DNA from: Mustelus asterias
Taxonomy: Eukaryota
Assembly (NCBI RefSeq): GCF_964213995.1
Contig: NC_135814.1
Location: 32,116,001-32,180,000 of the forward strand
Length of the DNA stretch: 64,000 bases
Direction: 5' to 3'
Shown: positions 12,187 to 25,494 of the stretch, in pieces
How positions within the stretch are numbered: position 1 is the first letter of the stretch
Layout of the letters: each line of letters opens with the position of its first letter
Program-made: the position numbers and the translations under genes
Notes under the pieces: model-generated
The model's database searches: none
What the model was told of the DNA's origin: nothing
What the model saw: the letters and a program-made list of their open reading frames with translations, nothing else

Positions 12187-13391
12187 CTGATGAAATATGT
12201 GGCAGACATATGGAAACAACACCACCTACAAGTTTGCCCTCCAAGCCACAAGCCATCCTGATTTGCAAATGTATCATTGTTCCTTCATTGTCACTTACTC
12301 AAAGTTCTGGAACCACCTACTTTAACAGCACTGTTGCTATACCTGCAATACATGCACTGCAGTGGTAAGGAGGCAGCTCATCACCTCGTCAAGGGTGATC
12401 AATGCTCATCTTGCCAGCAACACCCATATCCCATGAATGAATTTTTAAAAAGCAAAATACTGAGTTACAATAAGTTCACTGAAGAGCAGTAAATGTTCAT
12501 ACAATTGCAACTGAATAATGTGGGTTTTTATGCAGCACCTTTCAAAGCATCAGTATGGTCCACAGGGCTTTACGGGCAATGAGGTTCTTTTTGAAGTGTG
12601 GACTTGAGCAATAAGTTTTCATAAAGCAATGTTTCATAAACAGCAATAACATAATGACCAGATAATCTGTTGTAGCCATTAGTTGTGGAATAAATACTGG
12701 CCAAAACATCAAGAAAACTCCCTCGTTCATCTTCGCATAGTGCTATGGGATCTCTTTATGTCGATGTGAGTGGGCCTCCGTTTAATATCTCTTTCATAAG
12801 ACTTTTTATGTTGTGCTCTCAGCCTGGAACATGTACTCAAGACTCTGGGCTGAGACTTGAACCCACAATGCTCTGACTCAGTGGCATGAATGCTTCCACG
12901 AAGCTTAGGCTCATCATTATTGCTCATCAGTTGAAACATTTAAAAATAATTGAAGGCATTTTCAATTGAAAAAGGTGCTACTAGATGCACATTGAATCAG
13001 TGGTTAATTTTTATGCACTTTGTGCACGTATGCAGGACAGTATTTATGTACCTGCGCATACACAGTGGTGCTAGAATGGTAACTAGTGTCCACATTTAGC
13101 CTATCCAATGTATGTTTTTCCTTTGAAAATTAATAAGTTTATGTTGTATATTCAAGGCCACCTTGTGACACAAGGCATTGGTGGTACTGTTGATCTTATC
13201 ATTGCTCATTTAGTTAAGGAGAGTGTAGTGTTAACTTACACACAGAAAATCTTAACGTTGTCTTAAAGCACCTGGTCTAGAAATAGCAGGAAATTAAATA
13301 ACTGAGTCCGCCACAATATCAGTTTATTTTACCTTTGCTTCTGTATAAATTTGCATTTTAACCCCCTGGTTTATTTTAAACAAACTTGCAG

Positions 13392-13534
13392 CTTCTGCGA
13401 TTTGTACGAGAATGGCTCAGCTTAACTGCTATGAAACAAAGAATAATTAGGAAGAGTGGCCTGGTTTTCTGTAGTCCTTTACTTGCACTAGAAAACATCA
13501 TGAAAGGCCAGCGTTTACAAAGCTGTACAAAAAG
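13392..13534 (+). CDS. ZRANB3: ZRANB3 exon (not in ORF track)
   Basis: cttgcag|CTT CTG CGA...; LLRFVREWLSLTAMKQRIIRKSGLVFCSPLLALENIMKGQRLQSCTKR; donor AG|gtgaga (phase 2). Confidence 0.93.
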
Positions 13535-13608
13535 GTGAGACTTTATTGGGATGTTCCTAATATTTGACCCTCAGTTAATTGAGACTTTCCATTTTCATGT
13601 TATTATCA

Positions 13609-14490
13609 CGGATGACACTAAAGTCGGTGGAGTTGTGGACAGTGCGGAAGGTTGTTGCAGGTTACAGAAGGACATAGATAAGCTGCAGAGCTGGGCTGAG
13701 AGGTGGCAAATGGAGTTTAATGTGGAAAAGTGTGAGGTGATTCACTTTGGAAGGAGTAACAGGATTACAGAGTACTGGGCTAATGGTAAGATGGATGAGC
13801 AGAGAGATCTCTGTGTCCATGTGCATAGATCCCTGAAAGTTGGCACCCAGGTTGATAGGGTTGTTAAGAAGGCGTACGTTGTGTTAGCTTTTATTGGTAG
13901 AGGGATTGAGTTTCGGAGCCATGAGGTCATGTTGCAGCTGTACAAAACTCTGGTGCGGCCGCACTTGGAGTATTGCGTGCAGTTCTGGTCGCTGCATTAT
14001 AGGAAGGATGTGGAAGCATTGGAAAGGGTGCAGAGGAGATTTACCAGGATGTTGCCTGGTATGGTGGGAAAATCGTATGAGGAAAGGCTGAGGGGCTTGA
14101 GGTTGTTTTTGTTGGAGAGAAGAAGGTTAAGAGGTGACTTGATAGAGGCATACAAGATGATCAGAGGATTAGATAGGGTGGATAGTGAGAGCCTTTTTCC
14201 TCGGATAGTGACGGCTAGCACGAGGGGACATAGCTTTAAATTGAGGGGTGATAGATATAAGACGGGTGTCAGAAATAGGATCTTTACTCAGAGAGTAGTA
14301 AGGGCGTGGAATGCCCTGCCTGCTGCAATAGTGGACACGCCAACATTAAAGGCATGTAAATGGTCATTGGATAAACATATGGATGATATTGGAATAGTGT
14401 AGGTTAGATGGGCTTTATATTGGTTTCACAGGTCGGCGCAACATTGAGGGCTGAAGGGCCTGTACTGCGCTGTTATGTTCTATGTTCTAT
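13609..14490 (+). mobile_element. 5'-truncated CR1-type LINE
   Basis: ORF 13551..14402 (DDTKVGG, WQMEFNVEKC, RPHLEYCVQFW); (gttctat)n tail; TATCA duplicated at both ends; same family as 61611-62070. Confidence 0.92.
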
Positions 14491-14829
14491 CATACCTTTT
14501 TGTTTACTTTTACCGTGTTCTCTATGTAGCGCATCCTGTTCAAATGTTGACCCTTTTTCGGTGATGGAGAGGAGGAGGAGACTATCACTGAGTTTTTAGT
14601 GAGAGTCTGTTTATTGAAGTTGTTTATTTTTTATATTCCTAAGTTCCTATTTGTTCCAATTGTTTAAATGAAATTTAAATACAAAAGCTGAAAACTGGTG
14701 TGCATCGTGCATACAGATTATTTGGTTTGTTTTATTTATTCCTGCTTTAGTAATTGTGTTTCTTTGTTACTTTCCAATAATGAAAATGGAGTGCTCATTT
14801 GAAAATCGGTATGAAATATTTATTTTTAG

Positions 14830-14979
14830 ATTTATAACAAAAGAAGATGTAGCTGCTGTGTCTCTGAAGAAGGCACGCAGTGAAGGAGGAACTGTCCGAG
14901 TTATAACAAGTGAGACCACGTTCCATGGCAAAAATAAAACCAAAACTTCCGATCAACCAATTAAGAACAATTTAAACAC
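14830..14979 (+). CDS. ZRANB3: ZRANB3 exon
   Basis: tatttttag|A TTT ATA ACA AAA GAA GAT...; FITKEDVAAVSLKKARSEGGTVRVIT...; donor AC|gtacgt, phase 2, matching the next acceptor. Confidence 0.85.
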
Positions 14980-15074
14980 GTACGTTTCTTTTGTTTCCTG
15001 TTTAAATGATCTGCCAATCAGAGATCGAAATGCTGTGTTTGGTACAGTTCTTGCATAGCATTTCACCATTGAAG

Positions 15075-15590
15075 AAATAGAACAGAGAACAATACAGCAC
15101 AGGAACAGGCCCTTCAGCACACCAAGCCTGTGCCGATACAGTTTCTATCCGTCTGTGCGCCTCCTGCTCATCTGTCTATCAAGGTACACCTTGAACGTTG
15201 CTAACGTACCTGCTTCCACCACCTTCACTGGCAGTGCATCCCACCACCCTCTGTGAAAAACTTCCCCTCACGTCTCTGCTAAATTTACCACCTCTTAAAC
15301 CTGTGCTCTCTTGTAGTCGAACCTTCCACCCAGGGAAAAAGCTTTTGACTATCCACTCTATTCATGCCTCTCATAATTTTGTAGACCTCTATCAGGCTGC
15401 CCTTCAGCCTCCGTCTTTCCAGTGAAAACAGTCCCAGTTTATCCAACCTCTCCTCATACCTAAAACCCTCCAGACCAGGCAACATCTTGGTAAACTTTCT
15501 TTGCACCCTCTCCAAATCATCTATGTCCTTCTGTTAGTGTGGCGACCAGAACTGCACACGATATTCCAAACTAGCCTAACTAATATAATC
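15075..15590 (-). mobile_element. CR1-type LINE 3' fragment
   Basis: ORF 15285..15515 (ERVQRKFTKMLPG...LERRRLKG). Confidence 0.85.
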
Positions 15591-16379
15591 AAACAACTTG
15601 CCAGAAAGCCACTTTCCTGATTCCGATTCGTCACTGAAATAACTGGTGGCATCTTTAATGCTATGAAGGTAATGGTAAAATTTTCTATGATATATATGCA
15701 TTAAATAACAGCGATATATAAAGCTTCTGTTCACTTACCATCTGGCTTTTCTTACTGTAGAAATCTGAAAAGTAGATTCACTCTTGTGTCTATTGAGCAA
15801 TAACATGTGTCGGTGGTTTTTGTTACAAGTTTCTTTAATCTTTGCAATAATTATTTATTTAGCATTAATGATCCATAACTATTTTTCCCTTTTTATTTGA
15901 GCCCCGAAAATGTGTGTTACTGCCACAAAGAACCTCCTGCCAGATTTCTGAAAATATTCAATTTTAAACATTGCTGCAATCCACCAAGTGTGATTATTAA
16001 ATTTGAGATGTAAATGTGCCAAATTGCTTCATACAGCGTTTAGATTGGATCCATTAACCTGATCGTATGTAAAGAAAAATTGTTACAACATTTGAAACTT
16101 TGTGTTCACTTTAAATTCTGCAACTCATGTTAACAGTTAAGTATAACTGGAGTATTGGCCTCCATATGTAGCCATTGGATGCTAAGTAACTCAAAATAGT
16201 CATTTGTTTTATAGATGTTAGTGCATGTTTTGATGTGAATTAAATTTGAGCTCAGAAGATTAATACTTGTTAGAACAGCCAAATTTAGAGAGCTAACGCA
16301 TTTTAAAAATGTAAAATATTTTCTACTTATCATTAAGCAATTAAAAATGAATGCGTATCATATATTGTCTTGCTTTCAG

Positions 16380-16785
16380 TGACACAAGTGAAATTATTGA
16401 GAATAAAGTCTGCAACACGACCTCTCCATTGCCTCTAACTGATGAATTGGCTGACATCTCCTTGGAAGTTGGTTATGTACAAGCTGTGAACAAAGATGGA
16501 AACCCACTTTGCCTTGGTTGTCAACAGCCCACGATCCAGGTCAGCAAGCATCATGAGTCCACAGCTTGGGACACCCGATATTGCTCCCAGAAATGTCAGG
16601 AAGACTTTTTGGTCCGGTCCAATCGGTGCTATATGAGATCAAAGGTTTTTGAAGCTGAGCATGGAATCTGCCAGCAGTGTGGCCTCAATGCTCAGGAGCT
16701 GTACCTTCATGTCCGAGACACACTGAGAGCCCAGCGGAAGGAGCTACTTGAAAGCACATGGCTGGCACAACTTCCACTCGGTCAG
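16380..16785 (+). CDS. ZRANB3: ZRANB3 exon: N-terminal part of the HNH endonuclease region
   Basis: tgctttcag|T GAC...; GYVQAVNKDGNPLCLGCQ...WDTRYCSQKCQEDF...VFEAEHGICQQC...LPLGQ; donor CAG|gtaagt. Confidence 0.93.
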
Positions 16786-18319
16786 GTAAGTGGAAAAACA
16801 ATCATACTCTGGTTTTACTGAAACTAAAATGAAGAATTTCCAATGTTCATGTGCATTACATTTTATGGTTTTAAAAAAAAACTTGCACAGGAGTGGGTAA
16901 GAGAGCAAAATGAAGTTGGAAAGGCCCAATCATTCTCCTGCACTGAGTTTAATTTCTTCTTCCTGCCAAGATCATGCCAGCTGCCCCTTCCCATTAACAT
17001 GTTGTTATAGAGAGGTGAGAGGCACATTCCTCATCAACGTTGCTGCTACTACCCTTGTCTCTGACACGAGACCTGGAGGAGGGCTGGCCCTTGCTTTATC
17101 AGACTTTCTAAGCAATGTTTGGAGACTCTGAAATAGAACGGGGAAGTATTTATTTTCTGAGGGTGGGGGTGCTATTTTGACCTTCAATTCTGAATTGATA
17201 ATCACTTGGTTAGGTTTGGGCTTGGTGTTAAATTGGAAGATTTTCACCACAATGAGATGAGTAACTTTATCTCTCTAAACCCACTGACTCGGACCATGGC
17301 AAACTAAGTACTATTGACTCTATTGTTGTGTATGATTCATCAACTTTTGCTCATCCGTGCTTTTGTTAGCCATGGACCAATTTGCTGTCACTCTCCATAA
17401 ACTTGAGCTCACAACTTGCACCTAATCTCATTTACTCATTGCTCTTGTGTTTGTTGATCTATGCTGACTCATGATCCAACAGTGCCTTGATTTTTAAAAA
17501 TTCTCGTCATCTTCAAAGCCCCTCATGGCCTCCCTTTACCATGCCTCCATGGTAACTATGCCTTTCACCATTTAGGCACCAAGCTCGGTCTCGCTTGCTT
17601 TTTTGGCTCGCTCTCTCCCTCCCTCTCTCTTGCTTAATGTTGTCGTCTTTGTTTTCGTATCTATTTTTGTTTAATCTCATTCCTATGAATAACTATTCTT
17701 CACTTCATTAAATAAGCAATATGCATATAAATTGGTGATCTTCTAATTCATCCATTATTGATGCACAATGTTGAGACATCCTCTTTTCCTGGCTCGTGCT
17801 TTCCCTTTGTGTAAGGACATGGTGATATTGACGAGGGGATCTTTATTGCTAATACTTAGTGCCTTTTGGAAGATGGTAGTTGTTCATGATGTGGGAATTA
17901 TATGTTTTGAAGAGTGATGGTGAAAGAGCAGCAACGTATAGCCAAGTGAGCATGATGTGTGATTTAGCGAAGATCTTGGGAGTAGTGATGTGCCTGTATT
18001 TTGTATATAAGCGAACACCTTTGCACGGTAAACTAGTCTGGGGGAAACAGGTAAGTGTAGCAAGCCATGGAGGAGGAAAGTAAAAAGCTAGTGAGCACAG
18101 GAAAAACATTTCCATCATCGGAATTTAAATGTGAACCTGACTTGAGTGAGTGATGTGACTAAACCACTAGGATTCTGACTCTGACTTCAGTGTTTTCGGC
18201 AATGTTAGCTCTGAGAATCAGTTCTCTATAACCAGAGAATCACCTGCAATGACTTTGCTTCCGGCTCCTCTTTCCCTTCCCCACCCAACAATTGAGAACT
18301 TTCCTCTTTTCTTTTCAAG

Positions 18320-19270
18320 AACATAAAAAATTGGAGCAAGAGTTGATCATGTGACTTGTTCCACCATTTGATACCATTCTGGCAGATTTTGGACTTCAAC
18401 TCCAAGTTCCTGCTGGCTCCTTGTATTGCTCCATTTCATAAGACCAAATATCTGTCCACTCCAGCCTTAAATACATTCAAAAATGGAACATCCACAAACC
18501 TCAACTGGAGAATTCCAAAAATTCACACCCCTTTTGATGGAAGTGATTTCTTCTCATCTCAGTTTTAAATGCTTGTTCCCTTATCCTGAGACTGTTTTAG
18601 ATTCCATGACTAGTGGAACCAATCTATGTCTATCGAGCCCCTTCAAAATCTTGTATGTTTCAAGGCAATCGCCTGTCATTCTTCTAAATTCCAGAGAGTA
18701 TTGTCCCAGTTTACTCAGCCTCTCGCCATAGGACAACTCCCTCATTCCAGGGACCAATCTAATGAACTTTTGGTAATCTGCCTGCAATGCAAGTTCATCC
18801 TTTCTTAAATCTGAAGACCGTATGTACATGGTATTCCAGGTGTGACCTCGCCAAAAGCCTGTACAATTGTAGCAAGACTACTTTATTCTTGAACACCAAA
18901 CCCCTTACAGTAAAGGCCAACTTGCCCTTTGCCTTCCTAATTGCTTGCTGTACCTTTGTGTCAACTTTCTACAGTCCTTGTACGTGTACAGCAAAGTCCC
19001 TTGAACGTCAACATATGCAGGTTTCACACCATTCAAAACGAATTCTATTTTATTCTTATGATCAAAGTGAATGACCTCATGCTCACATTATACTTGATCT
19101 GCCATCTTATTGCCTACTCCCTTAACCTGCCTATATCTTTTTGTGGCCTCATTGTGTCCTCACCACTTGCATTCCCACCTAGCTTTGTATCGTCTGTAAA
19201 CTTAGATACATTACCCTCTGTTTCTTCATCTAGGTGATTAATATAGATTGTAAATAGCTGAGGCCCATCT
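18320..19270 (-). mobile_element. Degraded CR1-type LINE
   Basis: ORFs 19114..19347 (GPQLFTIYINHLDE, KFTDDTKLGG) and 18581..18829. Confidence 0.8.
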
Positions 19271-20352
19271 ACTTGCTGCGCCTCAGCGACATCATCTGAA
19301 TACGCTGCATCAGTTTTCAAATGCACACTGACAACACCCAGCTTCACCTCACCATTGATTTCCTTGACTCCTCCACTGTCACAATGTTTTTGACATCTGG
19401 CACAAGGTGAGCAGAAATGTCCTTCATTTTAAATGTTGGAAAAACCAAAAGCCGAAGTCATCAGTCCCCACCACAAATTCAATTCCTAACCACTGTGTCC
19501 ATCCCTCTCTCTGACAGTTGTCTTTATCACACCAAGCCCTATTTGAACACCGCTTTCTGATCTGCCTAGGTCCTCAATTTTAAAATTCTCACCCTTGTTT
19601 TCAAATCCCTCCATGATCCTGCCCTCCCTATCTCTGTAAGCTCCTCAGACCCACGACCTTCCAACACATCTGTTACTCAGATTCTGTCTTCTGAAGTACC
19701 CTGATTTTAATCACTCTACCATTGGTGGCCATACTTTAAGCTGCTGAGGTCCTAAATTCTACAATTTCCTGCCTCAACCTCTCTGCCTCACCGACTCTCT
19801 CCCTTCCTTTAAAACCTACCTCTCTGACTAAGTTTTTGGTCAACTGCATCAGTATTTATTAACGTGGATTAGCGCCAAATTTTGTTTCGTAACAAAATGT
19901 TATTTCCGATGAGGCACCTTTGGGACATTTTATTACATTAAAGGTATGTGTAATCATATGAATTAGGATCAGGAGCAGGCCATTGGGCCCCTCGAGCCTA
20001 TCCTACCATTCAGTAAGATCAGGGCTGATCTGATTTTAAAGGTGCTATATGTAATTAAAAGTTATATGTATTTTCTTTCCTAAAAAAAACACACATCCTC
20101 TGAGTAGCCTACACCCAAATCATGAGCCTGTTACTATGGCAATGTTTGGTACAGGTCAAATGAAAATTCCCACACCAAAATTACATCTGATGTAATTTAG
20201 TATTTTATTGATTCTCTCCCTCTCTCTTTAAAGTAGCTTTATTTGCAAATAAATTCTTCAATAATTTGTTATGACATCATTAAAATGTATCAAAAATCTC
20301 TGATTTGTCTTTCTTTTAAACTTTTGAAACTTTTATATTCTCTCGGTTTCAG

Positions 20353-20484
20353 TTGAATGAAATTATTTCAAATCCAACGGAGGGTCAATTCTGGCAAGTG
20401 GACCACATCAGACCAGTATATGGTGGTGGAGGACAGTGCTCCTTCGAGAACCTACAGACACTCTGTACTGTCTGTCATAAAAAG
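20353..20484 (+). CDS. ZRANB3: ZRANB3 exon: HNH catalytic motif (not in ORF track)
   Basis: ggtttcag|TTG AAT...; LNEIISNPTEGQFWQVDHIRPVYGGGGQCSFENLQTLCTVCHKK; donor AAG|gttagt; 132 nt. Confidence 0.95.
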
Positions 20485-21625
20485 GTTAGTAAACTGGTAT
20501 GATTATAATCTAATGGTTGAACAGACATAATTCTTTTCTCACAGCGGTATTTTTTTAAATTACCTGGTTGCTTCTGTTTTTGTCTCTGTCACAATTGATG
20601 GGGAAACTAAAAGACTTGGGTGAGTCAGTTGAGGGGCAAAATGCATTACTCGTGTCACTTAATCTGTAGAAATAAGAGTCCTATTAACTTGGCCTTGCAC
20701 TTAATATCACCATGAGAGGAACTATGTGGTATAAGCTCACAAGTACCATGCTGCATTCAAAGTTCAACATTTGTTATTTTGACCCACAGGGTACCGTAGG
20801 AAACTTAATAAAAATAATAAATATCAGGTGCCACCAATGATCCTGCTACAGATTGTTCAAAAGATTTTTTTATTCTTGGACTCGAGAGCTAATTGTTTTA
20901 CTGATGCCATAAAACTTGGGTAACAGACTGTGTATGGGTTCTCCCCAGCCCCCTCCTCCCAACGTTAAAGAGTTGCACAGGCTAATTTCCTGCAACAACA
21001 CTGGTTCAAATATGTAAAAGATCAAAATTGTAGGTGCAACCAGAAGCAGTAATTTTTTTAGATCATTTTTGGGCATTCTGAATAATTTTTGTTTATCCTC
21101 AGAGACCCTAAATTCCATTTCTTTGTATGCATTTTTATGAAATCCAAACAAATAACATTTAAAAATGGAAATTCTTCCACAATCACATGTCCTTAAACAT
21201 GGGGCAAGTTTCCAAAATAAAATGTTTGAAATACTTGGCAGATCGAGCAACATCCATAGCTTTTCAGGTGGATAGGTTTCTGCTTCAGGAGTTGGCACAA
21301 ATTGCACTGGTTACGTTACAGTTCAAAGTTTACACCTTGATGTAACTCGCATTTAAAATTCTCCTTTCTATGCTGATGAAACTAATGAAAACTAGTTAAT
21401 ACCGCAGTGCTAATATGCATGAATAATGTATTGTTTCAAACTTTAATTTTCTTATTTTGTGTTGAGAGTTCAGCATTTTTCCTGGTCCCTGACTGCTCAC
21501 ACTGATTTCCAATTGTTAACATCCATATTTGTGTCAAGGCAAATGTCAATGAGATTGGCTGGAAATTTCTCTGATAGGCACAGCTTAATGACTTAAGTTC
21601 AGGTGTAATTTACAGATAGCAACAC

Positions 21626-21810
21626 CCCCACACTCCGCTTCCCCACACTCCGCCTCCCCACGCTCCGCCTCCCCACGCTCCGCCTCCCCACGCTCCGCCT
21701 CCCCACGCTCCGCCTCCCCACGCTCCGCCTCCCCACGCTCCGCCTCCCCACGCTCCGCCTCCCCACGCTCCGCCTCCCCACGCTCCGCCTCCCCACGCTC
21801 CGCCTCCCCA
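21626..21810 (+). repeat. 15-bp minisatellite (CGCTCCGCCTCCCCA) x about 12
   Basis: Ten perfect units at 21661-21810, preceded by two variant units. Confidence 0.97.
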
Positions 21811-21925
21811 CCTCCACAGAAAATCCCAACCCCAAGTAATAATTTTAATTTTCCTAGTAGAATGTCTCAATCGAAACATTTAAAAAATCTTCCCCAAATT
21901 CAAAAGTGTGAACACCTTTATCCAA

Positions 21926-22134
21926 GTAAGAAGTCGTGCAAAACCAGGTTAAAGTCCAACAGGTTTATTTGGAATCTTGAGCTTTCGGAGCGCTGTTCCT
22001 TCATCAGGCGAGTGGATGAAGGAGCAGTGCTCCGAAAGCTCGTGATTCCAAATAAACCTGTTGGACTTTAACCTGGTGTTGTGAGCCTTCTCACTGTGCC
22101 CACCCCAGTCCAACGCCAACATCTCCACATCACA
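21926..22134. mobile_element. Penelope-like fold-back element with hammerhead cores
   Basis: About 80-bp inverted arms; TTTATCCAA duplicated at 21917-21925 and 22135-22143; CTGATGA...GAAA on the minus strand. Confidence 0.78.
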
Positions 22135-23843
22135 TTTATCCAAATTAGTGTCTTTCCTTTGTACGGGCCCTCAAATATTGGGAAAACTGTTTAGCAATCT
22201 TGGAAGAGAATTAGGAGCTGTATTAATCATACCATTTGCTCTTTTTAATTACACTCATTGGGATCCCAGTTTAATGTCTGTATAGGATGTCATTTTTAGT
22301 AGTCAGAATTCCCAAAGCCTCAGAGATCCTCCTAATTGATCTGATTTATGAGATGAAGTCCACTGAGGCACAGTTTAGACTTGAAGTTACCTGGTGGAAA
22401 GGATTTTGTTAATATATTATGATTAAGCTCTTCTAATTAATTTTTTTCTTTGTCATGAAGAGAATTTAGTAAACCTGAAAAATGATTTTGATTTTCTTGC
22501 TTAGTGAATTTAGTTCACAGTGTGACTTGTGAAATCGTTAAAACTGATGCAGGATGTGAAAATTGCCTTATGGAGTTAACATGTACATATTCAATTTATT
22601 TGTCTGGTATTCAATAGACAGACTTAGATTTTGCACAGTGATTTTGGCTGTAATAGTGTATTTCCAATACCCACAAAAAATCAGAATCCCTATGTTTAGA
22701 TGAAATGTTGACTTTACTCATTCTTGATGTGGAAAGCAATGACAGACCAATATTCAAAGTGCCCCTTACTTGGTTAAGAACTTTGGGTGGAATTCTCCCA
22801 TGCCCCCAACAGCAGGTTTAATGGCAGGCAGGGGGAGAATTCGGCAAGTAGCCCAAAAATTATTTTTACACTGGCGTGAATCTCCTGTGGGATCGTCCGC
22901 AGGTGCCTGCCACAGCGGATTGGGAAACCCACTGGAGGCCGGCATGAAACTGACTTGCATATCGCTAACAAAATGCAAAAGAAGGCCTGACCACCCACTC
23001 CCAATTCTCCACGGCACCAGCAGGAAAACATGCCGGTGCAAAACACGTCTGGAACAAGATGGCATGCAGATGTCGGAGTTCTCTGAACTATGCCTGGAGC
23101 TGCCCCCAGAGTTCAGGATGGAAGCTGCCAGCAATCCTGGACCCCAGAACACCACAGCAGTTGGAGGGGGAGCATCTATAAATGAACCTTCCAGATTCGG
23201 TGTCCTTAAGGAGGTTGATCTTCCAGGCACAAAATGTTCCCGGAGATCCATCTTCATTTTCACGAAGTGCATCTTCTTTCTCCAATAGTGGGTCCATGAT
23301 GTTGGATGCCTTTTCAATATGGCCGACCATGTGCTGCCAGGCCTATGCCGCCATGAAAAATAGCACAAAATCCCTGGGTACATAATTAATGAGATCAGGC
23401 CCAGAAGATGTGGTGTGTTTCTCTGCCAGTTTCTGCAACAGGAAACACAGCACATTCCTGTTCATGTCACAGGACCTTGTCCCAGGATGGGGGAATTCCA
23501 TGATTAGGTAGGGGTGGGAATCCATTTCCTGAGCCAAATAAGTGAACAAGTTAGTTTTTTCTAAGTTAATGGCAGCCTTCATGGTCATTTTATCTGACGC
23601 CAGCTCACAAATTACCAGATTTATATCCCAACCCTTCAATACTCCTTGACCTTCCTTCTCTCCTGCTCCCATCCTAGGCATAACTCCCTCTTGGATAAGT
23701 CTTCAGTTTTCTTCTCTGCCCCTTTTGACATCCTCCAAAGGGCCATCATAGCACTTCTTGCTGGCTTTTTACAGCAGCAACCCCAAATGCCTGATACTCT
23801 TGCCAAACTTCCAACCCAGCTTGGGGTGGGGGCTGATCTTGCC

Positions 23844-24188
23844 AATCATAGAAACCCTACAGTGCAGAAAGAGGCCATTTGGCCCATCGAGTCAGCACCG
23901 ACCACAATCCCACCCAGGCCCTACCCCCATATCCCTACATATTTCACCCGCTAATCCCTCTAATCTACGCATCTCAGAACACTAAGGGGCAATTTTTTAG
24001 CATGGCCAATCAACCTAACCCGCACAATTTTTGGACTGTGGGAGGAAACCGGAGCACCCGGAGGAAATCCACGCAGACACGAGGAGAATGTGCAAACTCC
24101 ACACAGACAGTGACCCAAGCCGGGAATCAAACCCAGGACCCTGGAGCTGTGAAGCAGCAGTGCTAACCACTGTGCTACCATGCCGCCC
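23844..24188 (-). mobile_element. HE1/V-SINE-like SINE
   Basis: Same family as 1881-2219. Confidence 0.88.
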
Positions 24189-24439
24189 AATGCACCTGTC
24201 CAACCCTCCCTTCCCAATGCCAATCCTGTGGACTGACATTCCTTAGTTGAGTCGATGCTTTAAGTGGAGTGAATGTCTTGATGAGCTGAGATTTCTCAGT
24301 AGCTGCAAAAGTTATTGATCTGCAGTAGAATAAACTCTCAGGTGAACTTTAAGTTGAGCAGGATATAAGAAAATTATTTTTTCACTATTGCTGTTGAGTA
24401 CCTTTTGTTACTTAGTTGACTGCATGTTTTAGATGGTGT

Positions 24440-25494
24440 TTCAACTATAAAAGTTGGGGTCTGATGTTGCAGATGTATAGAACGTTGGTTCGGCCGCATT
24501 TGGAATACTGCGTCCAGTTCTGGTTGCCACACTACCAGAAGGACGTGGAGGCTTTGGAGAGAGTACAGAGGAGGTTTACCAGGATGTTGCCTGGTATGGA
24601 GGGGCTTGGTTATGAGGAGAGATTGGGGAAACTGGGGTTGTTCTCCTTGGAAAGACGGAGGATGAGGGGAGACTTAATAGAGGTGTATAAAATTATGAAA
24701 GGCATAGATAGGGTGAACGGTGGGAAGCTTTTCCCCGGGTCGGTGGTGACGTTCACGAGGGGTCATAGGTTCAAGGTGAAGGGGGGGAGGTTTAACACAG
24801 ATATCAGAAGGACATATTTTACACAGAGGGTCGTGGGGGCCTGGAATGTGTTGCCGGGCAAGGTGGTGGAGGCGGACACACTGGGAACGTTTAAGACTTA
24901 TCTAGACAGCTATATGAACGGAGTGGGAATGGAGGGATACAAAAGAGTGGTCTAGTTTGGACCAGGGAGCGGCGCGGGCTAATTGTTCCTGGTTTCTCGT
25001 TTCAAGGATTCATTCTATGATCATCTTGCTGGTGCCAGTACAGAGCGAGACTGCGGATAGTTGGGAACCTGTCTCGGGGGCAGGGAATTCATATGGTGTT
25101 CGTGGAAGTGGAAATGACTAGGGTTGGGAAGCTTTTTCCGATCAGGGCCATTGTGATCTCCTGGACTCGTTTCGATCGCCTCAGGGGGTCGGAGAGGAAT
25201 TTCCCAGATTTTTTTTCCCCCATATTGGCCCTGGGGTTTTTCACTCTGGGTTTTCGCCTCTCCCTGGAGATCACATGGTCTGGAATGGGGGGGTGGGGGT
25301 GAGTTAATAGGTTGTAATGAACAAAGCATCGTAGCTGTGAGGGACAGCTCGGTGGATAGGATATTGGTATGTAGATAGGCTGGAAAATTGGGCGGGGATC
25401 CTGGATTCAGGATTCAATCCTGGACCGGGGAGCGGCGCGGGCTTGGAGGGCCGAAGGGCCTGTTCCTGTGCTGTATTGTTCTTTGTTCTTTGTT
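24440..25494 (+). mobile_element. CR1-type LINE 3' end with long structured 3'UTR
   Basis: ORF 24416..24955 encodes the RT C-terminus; about 540-nt 3'UTR; (gttcttt)n tail. Confidence 0.9.

Noticed and set aside
21599-21879. ORFs with (GGGAW)n and (VGRRS)n repeats; possible CRISPR-like array
   Set aside because: These are translations of a pure 15-bp tandem repeat with no spacers, no splice context and no cas genes.
22766-23455. Overlapping 172-229 aa ORFs
   Set aside because: No recognisable domain and no fit to the ZRANB3 exon chain (20484 splices in frame to 30317); begins at a MITE-like terminus, so probably a repeat interior.
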